Of a stretch of 64,000 bases of DNA, positions 1-10,478 are shown piece after piece. The notes beneath the pieces are model-generated. The model was not told the DNA's origin and did not search any database. It saw only the letters and a program-made list of their open reading frames with translations. Numbering within the stretch: position 1 is the first letter of the stretch; each line of letters opens with the position of its first letter. This stretch comes from Terriglobia bacterium (lineage in GTDB: Bacteria > Acidobacteriota > Polarisedimenticolia > Polarisedimenticolales > JAIQFR01): positions 1,984,001 through 2,048,000 of the forward strand of contig CAVVHE010000004.1 of the NCBI GenBank assembly GCA_963748015.1, given 5' to 3'. The position numbers were made by a program, and so were the translations under genes.

Positions 1-1
1 G

Positions 2-1471
<1,470 letters not shown>

Positions 1472-1501
1472 CGTCGGAAACGGAACACGAGCGGGGGATC
1501 C

Positions 1502-2689
1502 TTGGATCACAACCCGAGAGTCATCGAGATGGCGGAGCTACGCCTCGCGGTGCGGCGCATGGCCGACGTCGACGAGCCCCACGCCCTGCTCGCCGACCGC
1601 CTCTTCGCCAAAACGCGTCGCGCGATCCGGCTCGAGGGGGTCGCCCCCGACGCGGCCGCCCTGCTCCGGCGCGAGGCGGAGGCGCTCGGCATCGCAGTGC
1701 TCGACGGGATGCCGGCGAGCACGGGCTCGGCCGCACGGATCCTCGTCGCGGACGACGAGAACCTGCGGAGGCTCGCCTCGGTCCTCGAGGTCGGCGGCGA
1801 GAAGCCCCTCGCCAACGCGGTCCGCGCGACCCTCTCGAGCTACCTCCGCTCCGGCTTCTCGCTCTCGTGGCCCGACGGCGAGCGCCTTCCCCTCGGCTCC
1901 GAAACGCGGGTCATGGGGATCCTGAACGTCACCCCGGACTCGTTCTCCGACGGCGGGAAGTTCGACGACCCGGGACGCGCCCTCGAGGCCGCGGCGGTGA
2001 TGGCCGACGAGGGGGCCGAGATCCTGGACGTCGGAGGAGAGAGCTCCCGGCCCGGCGCCCTGCCGGTCCCCGAGGAGGAGGAGATCCGTCGCGTCGTCCC
2101 TCTCGTCCACGCGATCAAGCGCGAGCTGGCCGTAAGGGTCTCGGTGGACACCTACAAGACCTCCGTCGCGCGGGCGGCGCTCGACGCCGGCGCGGACATG
2201 GTGAACGACATCACCGCGTTCTCGGAGCCCGGGATGATCCCGCTCCTGCGAGACCGGCGCGCCACGGCCGTCGTGATGCACATGCGGGGCACCCCGGCGA
2301 CGATGCAGAAGGACACGCAGTACGTGGACCTGATGGCCTCGGTCGTGGGCTACCTCCGCCGGGCCGTGGAGAAGGCGACCCAGGCCGGAGTCGCCGATGA
2401 TAAGATCCTCGTGGATCCGGGACTCGGCTTCGGGAAATCCGCGGCGGGGAATCTCCAGATCCTCCGGGAACTGCCGACGCTGAGGAGCGTGGGCCGGCCG
2501 GTCCTGATCGGGGGCTCCCGCAAGTCGTTCATCGGAGCCGCGCTCAACCTGCCGGTCGGCGAGCGGCTGGAGGGGAGCCTGGCCGTCGCCGCGCTCGCCG
2601 CCTGGCAGGGAGCGCACATGATCCGGACGCACGACGTGGGCGAGACGATTCGCGTGGTCCGGATGATCGACGCGATCCGGAACCTCTGA
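1502..2689 (+). CDS. folP: Dihydropteroate synthase with ~130-aa N-terminal extension
   Basis: MGILNVTPDSFSDGG, DVGGESSRPGA, DPGLGFGK, SRKSF and RTHDV motifs; conserved ftsH-folP order. Confidence 0.95.
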   Translation: MDHNPRVIEMAELRLAVRRMADVDEPHALLADRLFAKTRRAIRLEGVAPDAAALLRREAEALGIAVLDGMPASTGSAARILVADDENLRRLASVLEVGGEKPLANAVRATLSSYLRSGFSLSWPDGERLPLGSETRVMGILNVTPDSFSDGGKFDDPGRALEAAAVMADEGAEILDVGGESSRPGALPVPEEEEIRRVVPLVHAIKRELAVRVSVDTYKTSVARAALDAGADMVNDITAFSEPGMIPLLRDRRATAVVMHMRGTPATMQKDTQYVDLMASVVGYLRRAVEKATQAGVADDKILVDPGLGFGKSAAGNLQILRELPTLRSVGRPVLIGGSRKSFIGAALNLPVGERLEGSLAVAALAAWQGAHMIRTHDVGETIRVVRMIDAIRNL

Positions 2690-2708
2690 GGGAGGGGTCC
2701 TGCGCGAG

Positions 2709-3548
2709 ATGCTCGAGCGATTGACCGCCGCGATCCACCTGCAGGAGCTGAACGGCCAGGCGCTCCTCGACGTCCTCGTTCTCGCCGTCATCATCTACCA
2801 GCTTCTCCTCCTGATCCGCGGCACCCGGGCGGTCCAGATGATGGTCGGCGTCGTGGCCCTCGTGCTCGCGCACTTCCTGACCCGGCCGGGTCTCTTCCAC
2901 CTGCCCGCGGTGCACACGGTCCTCGGCAACCTGCTCCTCTACATCCCCTTCGCGGTCATCGTCCTCTTCCAGAGCTCGATCCGGCAGGCCCTGGCGCGCA
3001 TGGGCAGGAATCCCATCTCCGCCCTCATCCCCCGCCCCCGCCACGAGAACCTGGCGGAGGAGATCGCCCTGGCCGCCGTCTCGCTCGCGAGCAAGCGCTT
3101 GGGGGCGCTCGTCGTCATCGAGCGCGAGCTCGGGCTCCGGGTGTTCTACGAGACCGGGATCGCTCTCGACGCGCTGATCTCCTACGACCTGCTGATGAAC
3201 ATCTTCACCTACGGATCGCCGCTCCACGACGGCGCGGCGATCCTGTCGGAGGGACGCGTCAAGGCGGCGGCCTGCTACCTGCCGCTGACCGTGGACCCGA
3301 GCCTGTCCCGCACGTACGGGACGCGGCACCGGGCGGCGATCGGGATCACGGAGGAGTCGGACGCCGTGGCGGTCGTCGTCTCCGAGGAGCGAGGAATCGT
3401 CTCACTGGCCGAGGGTGGCCGGATCGTCGAGGACCTCGACGCCCACGGGCTCGCAGAGCGTCTCCGCGCGGCGCTCCTGCCCAAGCCGGAACGGAAGCAG
3501 GGCGCGGCGGCCGGCCCCGCGGCCCATGCGGGAGCGCACGGTGCTTGA
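2709..3548 (+). CDS. cdaA: Membrane diadenylate cyclase CdaA/DacA (c-di-AMP synthase)
   Basis: N-terminal TM helices plus DAC domain with LHDGA and GTRHRAA motifs; precedes cdaR-glmM. Confidence 0.95.
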   Translation: MLERLTAAIHLQELNGQALLDVLVLAVIIYQLLLLIRGTRAVQMMVGVVALVLAHFLTRPGLFHLPAVHTVLGNLLLYIPFAVIVLFQSSIRQALARMGRNPISALIPRPRHENLAEEIALAAVSLASKRLGALVVIERELGLRVFYETGIALDALISYDLLMNIFTYGSPLHDGAAILSEGRVKAAACYLPLTVDPSLSRTYGTRHRAAIGITEESDAVAVVVSEERGIVSLAEGGRIVEDLDAHGLAERLRAALLPKPERKQGAAAGPAAHAGAHGA

Positions 3549-4491
3549 GAAGGTACTCCGCAACTGGCCTCTCAAGCTGCTGGCGCTGGGTCTCGCCTTC
3601 GCGATCTGGTTCGCGGTGACCGGAGAGAGCCGCGTCCTGCAGGTCTACTCCGCCCCGCTCGACATCAAGCTTCCGCGGGACTGCGTCCTGGCGGGCCCGG
3701 CGCCCACCAAGGTCAGCGTGAGCCTCCGGGGGCCGGAGTCCCAGATCCGCCGGCTCGACCCGTTCAAGCTCGCCTTCCGGGTGGACGTCTCGGACGCGGC
3801 CCCGGGGCAGCGCAACGTCCAGCTCGCCGCCGAGTCCCTCGCCGGTCTCCCCCGCGGGATCGAGGTCGTCCAGATCGAGCCCGACCGGCTCAGGCTGGCG
3901 GTGGATCGCCGGATGCAGAGGGTCCTTGCGGTGGCTCCCGCGCTCGTCGGCGCGCCCCCTTCCGGCTATCACTTCTACGGGGTCCGGGTCACGCCGGAAA
4001 CGCTCGAGGTGGAGGGGCCGAGATCGGAGGTCATCGGCCTCGAGCGCGTCCGGACGGACCCGATCCACCTCGAGGGGCACACCGCCCCGTTCACCGTCGA
4101 GGTGAACGCGGTTCCGGACCGGCCTGCGACCCGCGTCATCGACCCCCGGCAGATCGCCGTGCAGATCGAGGTGGACGTCTCGCCGGTCAAGGCGGCATTC
4201 GACGCCGTTCCCGTGGTGTTCGCGAATCAGGACTACGTCGCGACGGCCCAGCCGTCGAGTCTTCGCGTGGTGATCTCGGGCCCACCGGCTCTCGTCCGCA
4301 CCATCCGCGCCGAGCAGATCCGGCCGATCGCCGAGTTGTCCGGGCTCGGCCCCCGGCCCGAGCCGTACGCGGTGCCGATCCGGATCGAGTTCGCGGGGAT
4401 CGCGGCGTCCGACCTGGCCCGGCTCGCCGTGACCTCGGTGAGCCATACCAAGATTGCCGCGCGCATCGGCAACCGGAGGATCGTCAGTTGA
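3541..4491 (+). CDS. cdaR: CdaR/YbbR-like regulator of CdaA
   Basis: GTG start overlapping cdaA end; N-terminus 'RNWPLKLLALGLAFAIWFAV' typical of YbbR proteins; repeated 'V.V.GP' units. Confidence 0.88.
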   Translation: MLEKVLRNWPLKLLALGLAFAIWFAVTGESRVLQVYSAPLDIKLPRDCVLAGPAPTKVSVSLRGPESQIRRLDPFKLAFRVDVSDAAPGQRNVQLAAESLAGLPRGIEVVQIEPDRLRLAVDRRMQRVLAVAPALVGAPPSGYHFYGVRVTPETLEVEGPRSEVIGLERVRTDPIHLEGHTAPFTVEVNAVPDRPATRVIDPRQIAVQIEVDVSPVKAAFDAVPVVFANQDYVATAQPSSLRVVISGPPALVRTIRAEQIRPIAELSGLGPRPEPYAVPIRIEFAGIAASDLARLAVTSVSHTKIAARIGNRRIVS

Positions 4492-5837
4492 AGCGTCTAT
4501 TCGGAACCGACGGCATTCGGGCCGTCGCGGGCGAGAGCCCTCTCGATCCCGTCACCGTACGCGTCTTCGGCGCCGCCCTCGCCGAGGTCCTCCGATCGGC
4601 CGCGGGCCACCCTCCGCGAGTCCTGCTGGGACGGGACACGCGCGAGTCCGGCCCTTGGCTCGCCGAGGCGGTTGCCGCGGGGTTGTTCTCGCGGGGCGCT
4701 TCCGCGGTGGATGCCGGCGTGATCACGACGCCCGGCCTCGCGCATCTCGCGCGGACGGGGCCCTTCGAGGCCGGCGTCATGATCTCGGCCAGCCACAACC
4801 CGTTCGAGGACAACGGGCTCAAGGTCTTCGGCCACGACGGCACCAAGCTCCCCGATGCCCTCGAGGCGGAGATCGAGGCGCGGATCCTGGACCACGGGAT
4901 CCGCGATCCCGGCGCCTCCGACCGGAAAGCGGAGGAAGACCGCTCGCTCGCGCCGGCGTACGTGGAGTTCCTCGAGGGCGCCGTGTCGCCGCGAGGACGC
5001 TTCGCCGGCCTGAGGCTGGTTCTCGACTGCGCCAACGGCGCCGCCTCGGCGATCGCCCCCGAGGTCTTCCGGTACCACGGAGCCGATGTCGCGGTCCGCG
5101 CCGCCTCGCCGGACGGCCGCAACATCAACCTCGGTTGCGGCTCCCTGCACCTCGACGCCCTCGCCGACGAGGTGAGGCGAACGGGGCGCGATCTCGGCAT
5201 CGCGTTCGACGGAGACGCGGACCGCGCGCTCGCCGTGGACAGGAAAGGGCGAGTCGTGGACGGCGACGTGATCCTCTACCTGCTCGCGCGCCGGATGCGG
5301 CAGACCGGCCGCCTCGCCGGGGGCGCCGTGGTCGCGACCGTCATGAGCAACTTCTGGCTCGAGCAGCGGCTCGCGGACGAGGGGATGCGCCTCCATCGCG
5401 CGCCGGTCGGGGACAAGTACGTCCTCGAGCGGATGGTCGCGGAGAACGCGGTCTTGGGCGGCGAGCAATCCGGACACCTGATCGTTCGGGACCGGGCGAG
5501 CACGGGAGACGGGATCCTGACCGGCCTCCTCCTCCTCGACACCCTGGCCGAGGAAGCGAGGCCGCTCGAGACGATTCTCGACGGCATCGTTCCGTTTCCC
5601 CAGATCCTCGTGAACGTCCGCGTCAGGGAGAAACCCGATCTCTCGCGCCACCCCGTGATCGGCCCGGTGGTGCGCGAGATCGAGGGCGATCTCGAGGGAA
5701 GCGGGCGCGTCCTCCTCAGATACTCGGGGACGGAGCCGCTGGCCCGCGTCATGGTCGAGGGCCGAGATGGGGACGCGGTCCGCAGCCACGCGGAGCGTCT
5801 CGCCGGCGTGATCCGGAAGGAGCTCGGGAGCGCGTGA
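4488..5837 (+). CDS. glmM: Phosphoglucosamine mutase
   Basis: LFGTDGIR, ISASHNP (phospho-Ser), DGDADR, GGEQSGH, RYSGTEP. Confidence 0.97.
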   Translation: MKRLFGTDGIRAVAGESPLDPVTVRVFGAALAEVLRSAAGHPPRVLLGRDTRESGPWLAEAVAAGLFSRGASAVDAGVITTPGLAHLARTGPFEAGVMISASHNPFEDNGLKVFGHDGTKLPDALEAEIEARILDHGIRDPGASDRKAEEDRSLAPAYVEFLEGAVSPRGRFAGLRLVLDCANGAASAIAPEVFRYHGADVAVRAASPDGRNINLGCGSLHLDALADEVRRTGRDLGIAFDGDADRALAVDRKGRVVDGDVILYLLARRMRQTGRLAGGAVVATVMSNFWLEQRLADEGMRLHRAPVGDKYVLERMVAENAVLGGEQSGHLIVRDRASTGDGILTGLLLLDTLAEEARPLETILDGIVPFPQILVNVRVREKPDLSRHPVIGPVVREIEGDLEGSGRVLLRYSGTEPLARVMVEGRDGDAVRSHAERLAGVIRKELGSA

Positions 5838-7066
5838 GGATCCTCGGAACGGACCTCGGTCTCGATGCCCCGGGTGCGACGCCCAGGGAGAGCACGGTCG
5901 TTCTCCTCGACGCCGCGGGCGGCGTGGCCGCCGCCCGCCACCCGCGGACGATCCCCGATCTCGCGGCGGCGGTCGGCGAGCTCGCGGGCTCCGAGCCCTT
6001 CCTGCTCGGCGTGGACGTACCCGTGGTGGCTCCCGACCGGCCGGCGCGCGCGCGTGCCGTCGAGAATCCCGTGCTGCGGCGGCTCGGTTTCCGGCTGCCC
6101 CCCGCCACGCGGCCCCAGGCGGCGATCGACTCCCTCCTGGCCGCGCTGGCGGTGGCCGGGGTTCCCTGCCTCCCCTACCCCGACCGAGACCTCCGCTCCT
6201 CCGGCCTCGCGGAGATCCACCCGGGCCTCTCGCTCAAGGTCCTCCTCTGGCTGGGCTCGGCCGCGGCCGGAGAGGGAAACCACCCTGCCCGCGAGGAGGT
6301 CTTCCGCGCGTACGCCGCCCCGGCCTACCGGAGGCCGTCGGCAAAGCGGGGCGACGATTGGGCGGAGCGTGCCGCGGCACTCGACCTCGTGATCCGCGCG
6401 CTGGGTATCCTCCCGGGATTCGATTTCGCGCCGGCGCGAGACGCGCTCCGACGCGCCGGCGCGGGTCCCGACGTCGAGCGGGCGGCGTCCCTCTTCGACG
6501 CGAGCGTCATCGCCGGAACGGCCCGGCGCTACCTGAAGTCCCCCGAGGATTGCGTCTTCCTCGGCGACCGCAAGGGAGGCTACGTCATCCTTCCCGCGGA
6601 CGGGTTCGTCCGGCGGCTCGCCTTGCGGGAAACGCGCCCGGTCCGCTCGGGCCTGTTCCCCCGCGACTCGTTGCGCGCGAGGCTGGCCGGCGCCGCCGAG
6701 GTGCACGCGGCCGGCCTCCTCGACGTGCCGGGCCGGCCGCACGACACGGAGGCCGTGTTCCGTCGCGTCCCCCTGTACGAGTTCGACAACCTCGACGAGA
6801 TGCTGTGGTGGAAGCACTGCCGCCATCTCGACGGGCCCGCGCTTCCCGTCGAAGGGCTCCGCGAGCTGGTCGTCATGCTCGGCCGGGAGGACCGAGGGGA
6901 AGGGCGGGCCGCTCCTCTGCGGCTCCTGAGGAGCCGGCATCGCACGCTGTCCTTCCGCTTCGAGCCGCCGGCCGCCTGGCGCGCGCACGTCCCGACGCGC
7001 GATGGGAAGACCTACGCCTTCCGCGTGCTGCGGGCCGTCTTCGAGACGCTGCCCTCCCCGGATTGA
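5834..7066 (+). CDS. DUF429-like (RNase H-fold predicted nuclease) protein with extra C-terminal domain
   Basis: GTGA overlap with glmM stop; ILGTDLG, LLGVDVP, AEIHPG and LFDASVIA resemble the DUF429 acidic motifs. Confidence 0.6.
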   Translation: MRILGTDLGLDAPGATPRESTVVLLDAAGGVAAARHPRTIPDLAAAVGELAGSEPFLLGVDVPVVAPDRPARARAVENPVLRRLGFRLPPATRPQAAIDSLLAALAVAGVPCLPYPDRDLRSSGLAEIHPGLSLKVLLWLGSAAAGEGNHPAREEVFRAYAAPAYRRPSAKRGDDWAERAAALDLVIRALGILPGFDFAPARDALRRAGAGPDVERAASLFDASVIAGTARRYLKSPEDCVFLGDRKGGYVILPADGFVRRLALRETRPVRSGLFPRDSLRARLAGAAEVHAAGLLDVPGRPHDTEAVFRRVPLYEFDNLDEMLWWKHCRHLDGPALPVEGLRELVVMLGREDRGEGRAAPLRLLRSRHRTLSFRFEPPAAWRAHVPTRDGKTYAFRVLRAVFETLPSPD

Positions 7067-7088
7067 CGCGGGCTTCCGTCTCGCGGGC

Positions 7089-10000
7089 CTAAAAAGAGAA
7101 ACGCATTCCGAGCTGGAACTGGCGCCCCGGCGTGAGCCAGGCGTCGTTCGTCCCGTTCGTCTGCCGGCCGTAACCGAAGCCGGGATTCGGGTTGTAGACC
7201 TGGTAGTACCGGTCGTTGAGGAGGTTGAACACCTCGGCGGAGAGCTGCAGGTTCTGCCCGCTCTTGAGGTTGAACTCCTTGTCGAACTTCACGTTGATGG
7301 ACAGGGTCGGCCGGTTCCTCTGGTCGTTGCGGCGGCCGGTCGGGTACTGGGTCCGCGACCGCGTGCCCCCGTAGAAGGCCTGCCCGTAGTCCGGCGGGAT
7401 GCTGTCGTACGAGGAGCCGGTCTCGACGATGGAGTAGGGGAGCCCCGACATCCAGTTCGCGGACATCCCGAGTCGGAAGCCCCAGGGGGTGATCGTCGTG
7501 GTGTTCACCTTCACGACGTTTCGCTGGTCGTAGGCGAGGTAGCCCCTCTCGGTATCCCGCAGCGTCGGGTCGTCCCCCAGGTACGAGTTGAACTCCTCCG
7601 CGTTGCCGATCGCCCTCGACCAGGTGTACGAGGCTTCCATCTGCCAGTTGCGGTACTGCCGGCGCACCAGCTCCAGGACGAACGCCTCGTAGGTTGCCGC
7701 ATTGTCGTTCCCGACGCGGTAGACCGTGCCCCACGTCGGGCTGTACACGTACGAGTCGACGAAACCGTCGCTCAGGTGGAGCGCGCCGTCGAGAACGCCC
7801 TCGCAGTCGTCCGCGATCCCGTCGGGCGGCTGGAGGAGCCAGCGATCGCGCAGGCTCTTCTGCGTCTGGCACGTCCCGTAGTCGCCGGCGTGGTGATTGG
7901 TGTCGATGTCCTGGAACTGGTCCTTGAACCGGCGCGAGACGTAGGAGATCCGGCCGGTCGTCTCGGCGCCGATCTCGCGCTCGAGCGTCAGGGTCAGCTC
8001 GTCCTGGTACGGCGTCTTCAGGTCGTGATCCACGGCCCGAACGCTGACCGCGGGGTTGACGCCGCTGGTCACGTTCACCCCCCGCCAGGCCTTCTCCCCG
8101 AGGTACCTCTCCCCCGCGATGGACATCTGGAAGGTCGCGGGCTCCACCTCGACGAACGGGACCGCGAGGAAGATGGTCCCGTAGTACCGGCCGGCGGTGA
8201 AGGCGATCTTCGATTTCCCGTTCCCTCCGGGGTCCCAGGCCACGGCGAACCGCGGCGAGAGGTTGGTGTTGACGAGGTTGATCTCGTCCGGGTCGCGCCG
8301 GTGCGGCCAATCCTGGCTCCCCGCGAGCCCCGGGCTGATCAACGAGGAGAGGAAGTACTCCGGCAGGCCGGTCGCGGCCGCCATGCCGGCCACCAGGGGC
8401 TCGAGCGAGCCGTAGGCGGTGAACGCCTGCGAGGCGGCCAGGTAGTAGTTGCCCCCGTTGGCCGCGGCGCGGTTCAGGAAATCCACGGACTCCGTCGCCG
8501 GGTCGAACGCCTTCCACCCGATCCCCCGCAGCTCCTCGCGGTCGAGGCGCAGCCCGAGGGTCAGGCTCACGTTCGACACCGGTTTGACCTGGTCCTCCAC
8601 GAAGAGGCCGTAGCTCGTGTTGGTCGCGTTGGAGCGCGTCGCCGGAGGGGTGGCCACCTGCACGTTGAGGCTCGCGATCTCGAGGACCCGATTGCGGCCG
8701 AACTCGTCGATGACCGTGGTCCCCAGCTTGTGTGACTCGAACAGCAGCTCCGGCCGCTTCTCGAGGTCCCTGAAGTACCGCTCGTTCTCGATGTTGAAGC
8801 CGACCTTGAGCTGATGCGCCATCCCGAGGAACTCGCCCGCGAAGATCGAGGTCTGGTTCTTGACGGTCAGGCGCTCGCGGTCGTCGATCGACGTCCAGGG
8901 GTAGGAGCCCGTGATGACGCCGGTCTTGGTGTTCGTGCAGCGGACGGTGTCGAGTTTGGGGAACAGGGGCTCTTCCGTCGGGTGACTGGTCCAGTCGCCC
9001 GTGATCACGACGAATCCGACCGTGCAGTCGTTGCGCTGCCCCGTCGTCGTGGGAAGGACGTTCTGGTGCGACAGCTGGTAGGAAAGCACGGAATCCGAGA
9101 GGACCGTCGGGGAGAACGCCGCCGTCCACGCGAGCGAAAAGGTCGGCCCCCCGTTCTCGTACTGCTTCGTGGACCCGGCGGCGGTCAGCGAGGTCGCGTC
9201 GACGTTGGTCACCGTCAGGGGGTCGTACCGGAACTCGAGCGCCAGCTTGTTGCGCGGTGACGCCTGCCACGTGACCTGGTCGGAGTTGATCCCCTGCCGC
9301 CGGGCGGCGATGATCGGCTGGTCGCGGGACGCGATCGGCTCCTCGCGCGAGATGTACTCGTGGGAGAGCCGGTACCAGAAGCGGTCCTTGACGATGGGGC
9401 CGGAGAGCTGGATCGCCGGCTGGATCCAGGCATAGTCGGGCACCTTGGTGCCCGGCGTCGTTTGGGCGGAGTTGCCGTCCATCAGGCTCGACCGCCACAG
9501 CAGGTTCGCGACCCCCTCGAAGTCGTTCGATCCCTGCTTCTGGATGACCTGCGCGAACCCGCCCTGCGCCCTGCCGAACTCGACGCCGGCCCCCGCGCCG
9601 ATGACCGTCATCTCCTCGATCGCGTCCGAGTTGAGGAAGCTCATCCACCCGCCGGTGAGCGGGTCCTGGTTGCTCACCCCGCCCACCTGGGTCTGGAAGT
9701 CCACCGACCTCGCGCCGAAGACGTTCGGGTTCCCGTCCCCGTCCGCGTCCACGACCCCGGGTGCCAGGCTCAGCATCGACTGGTAGAACCGTCCCTGCGA
9801 GGGCAGGTCCTGCAGGAACTCGCTGTCGAACGTCGTCGCCTTCGAGGTCTTGTCGAGGTCGACGGGGGCGCGCCGCTCGACGACCTTGACGCGCTCCTCG
9901 ATCTCCGGGACGAGGCGGACGGAGATCCGGTCCACGTCCTGGGTCTTCACCCGGATGTCCGTGATCCGGACCCGAGCGAAACCGGGATAGCGCACCTCGA

Positions 10001-10277
10001 CGGCGTAGCCGCCGCCGACCCGGAGGACGGGGAAGGACACGATCCCCCTGCCGTCGGTCGCGATCGTGGTCGCCGCCACGAAGCCGACCGCGCTCGACAG
10101 GGTCACCGAGGCGCCGGCCGCGGGGTTCTTCCCCGCGGCGTCGAACACCTGGACCTGGATGCCGCCGGACTGGGCCGACGCGGGAGCGGCCCAAACCGAG
10201 ACGAGCGCGGCACCCGCCAAGAGGAGGGCGCGGAATCGGACGATTCTCCCCAAGGAAATTGCCTCGCCCGCGGACAC
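7089..10277 (-). CDS. TonB-dependent outer-membrane receptor (Oar-like, N-terminal carboxypeptidase-regulatory-like domain), paralog 1
   Basis: Signal peptide, plug motifs (DAIEEMTV, GVEFGRAQGG), 'NLSPRFAVAWD', C-terminal 'GRQFQLGMRFSF' ending in Phe. Start codon uncertain. Confidence 0.9.
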   Translation of the reverse strand: MSAGEAISLGRIVRFRALLLAGAALVSVWAAPASAQSGGIQVQVFDAAGKNPAAGASVTLSSAVGFVAATTIATDGRGIVSFPVLRVGGGYAVEVRYPGFARVRITDIRVKTQDVDRISVRLVPEIEERVKVVERRAPVDLDKTSKATTFDSEFLQDLPSQGRFYQSMLSLAPGVVDADGDGNPNVFGARSVDFQTQVGGVSNQDPLTGGWMSFLNSDAIEEMTVIGAGAGVEFGRAQGGFAQVIQKQGSNDFEGVANLLWRSSLMDGNSAQTTPGTKVPDYAWIQPAIQLSGPIVKDRFWYRLSHEYISREEPIASRDQPIIAARRQGINSDQVTWQASPRNKLALEFRYDPLTVTNVDATSLTAAGSTKQYENGGPTFSLAWTAAFSPTVLSDSVLSYQLSHQNVLPTTTGQRNDCTVGFVVITGDWTSHPTEEPLFPKLDTVRCTNTKTGVITGSYPWTSIDDRERLTVKNQTSIFAGEFLGMAHQLKVGFNIENERYFRDLEKRPELLFESHKLGTTVIDEFGRNRVLEIASLNVQVATPPATRSNATNTSYGLFVEDQVKPVSNVSLTLGLRLDREELRGIGWKAFDPATESVDFLNRAAANGGNYYLAASQAFTAYGSLEPLVAGMAAATGLPEYFLSSLISPGLAGSQDWPHRRDPDEINLVNTNLSPRFAVAWDPGGNGKSKIAFTAGRYYGTIFLAVPFVEVEPATFQMSIAGERYLGEKAWRGVNVTSGVNPAVSVRAVDHDLKTPYQDELTLTLEREIGAETTGRISYVSRRFKDQFQDIDTNHHAGDYGTCQTQKSLRDRWLLQPPDGIADDCEGVLDGALHLSDGFVDSYVYSPTWGTVYRVGNDNAATYEAFVLELVRRQYRNWQMEASYTWSRAIGNAEEFNSYLGDDPTLRDTERGYLAYDQRNVVKVNTTTITPWGFRLGMSANWMSGLPYSIVETGSSYDSIPPDYGQAFYGGTRSRTQYPTGRRNDQRNRPTLSINVKFDKEFNLKSGQNLQLSAEVFNLLNDRYYQVYNPNPGFGYGRQTNGTNDAWLTPGRQFQLGMRFSF

Positions 10278-10300
10278 CGGTGAAACGCCTGTGGACGATC

Positions 10301-10309
10301 ATTCTAGCA
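10301..10309 (-). promoter_or_regulatory. Putative extended -10 element (TG-C-TAGAAT) for receptor paralog 1
   Basis: Reverse complement reads tgcTAGAAT about 25 nt upstream of the ORF. Confidence 0.4.
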
Positions 10310-10478
10310 GCGCACCTGGGAAAAGGAGCGGCGCGCGACGGATGGGCCCACGCCTTCCGCGCGCCCAGCGCCGTCTTCGAGACGCTGCGCGCCGGGGATC
10401 GAAGGCGACCTGGTGTCCCCGAGTCCGAAGCGCGTCGCACGACTCGCCGAGCCATGTAACGCGCTCGGACTCCGGACG

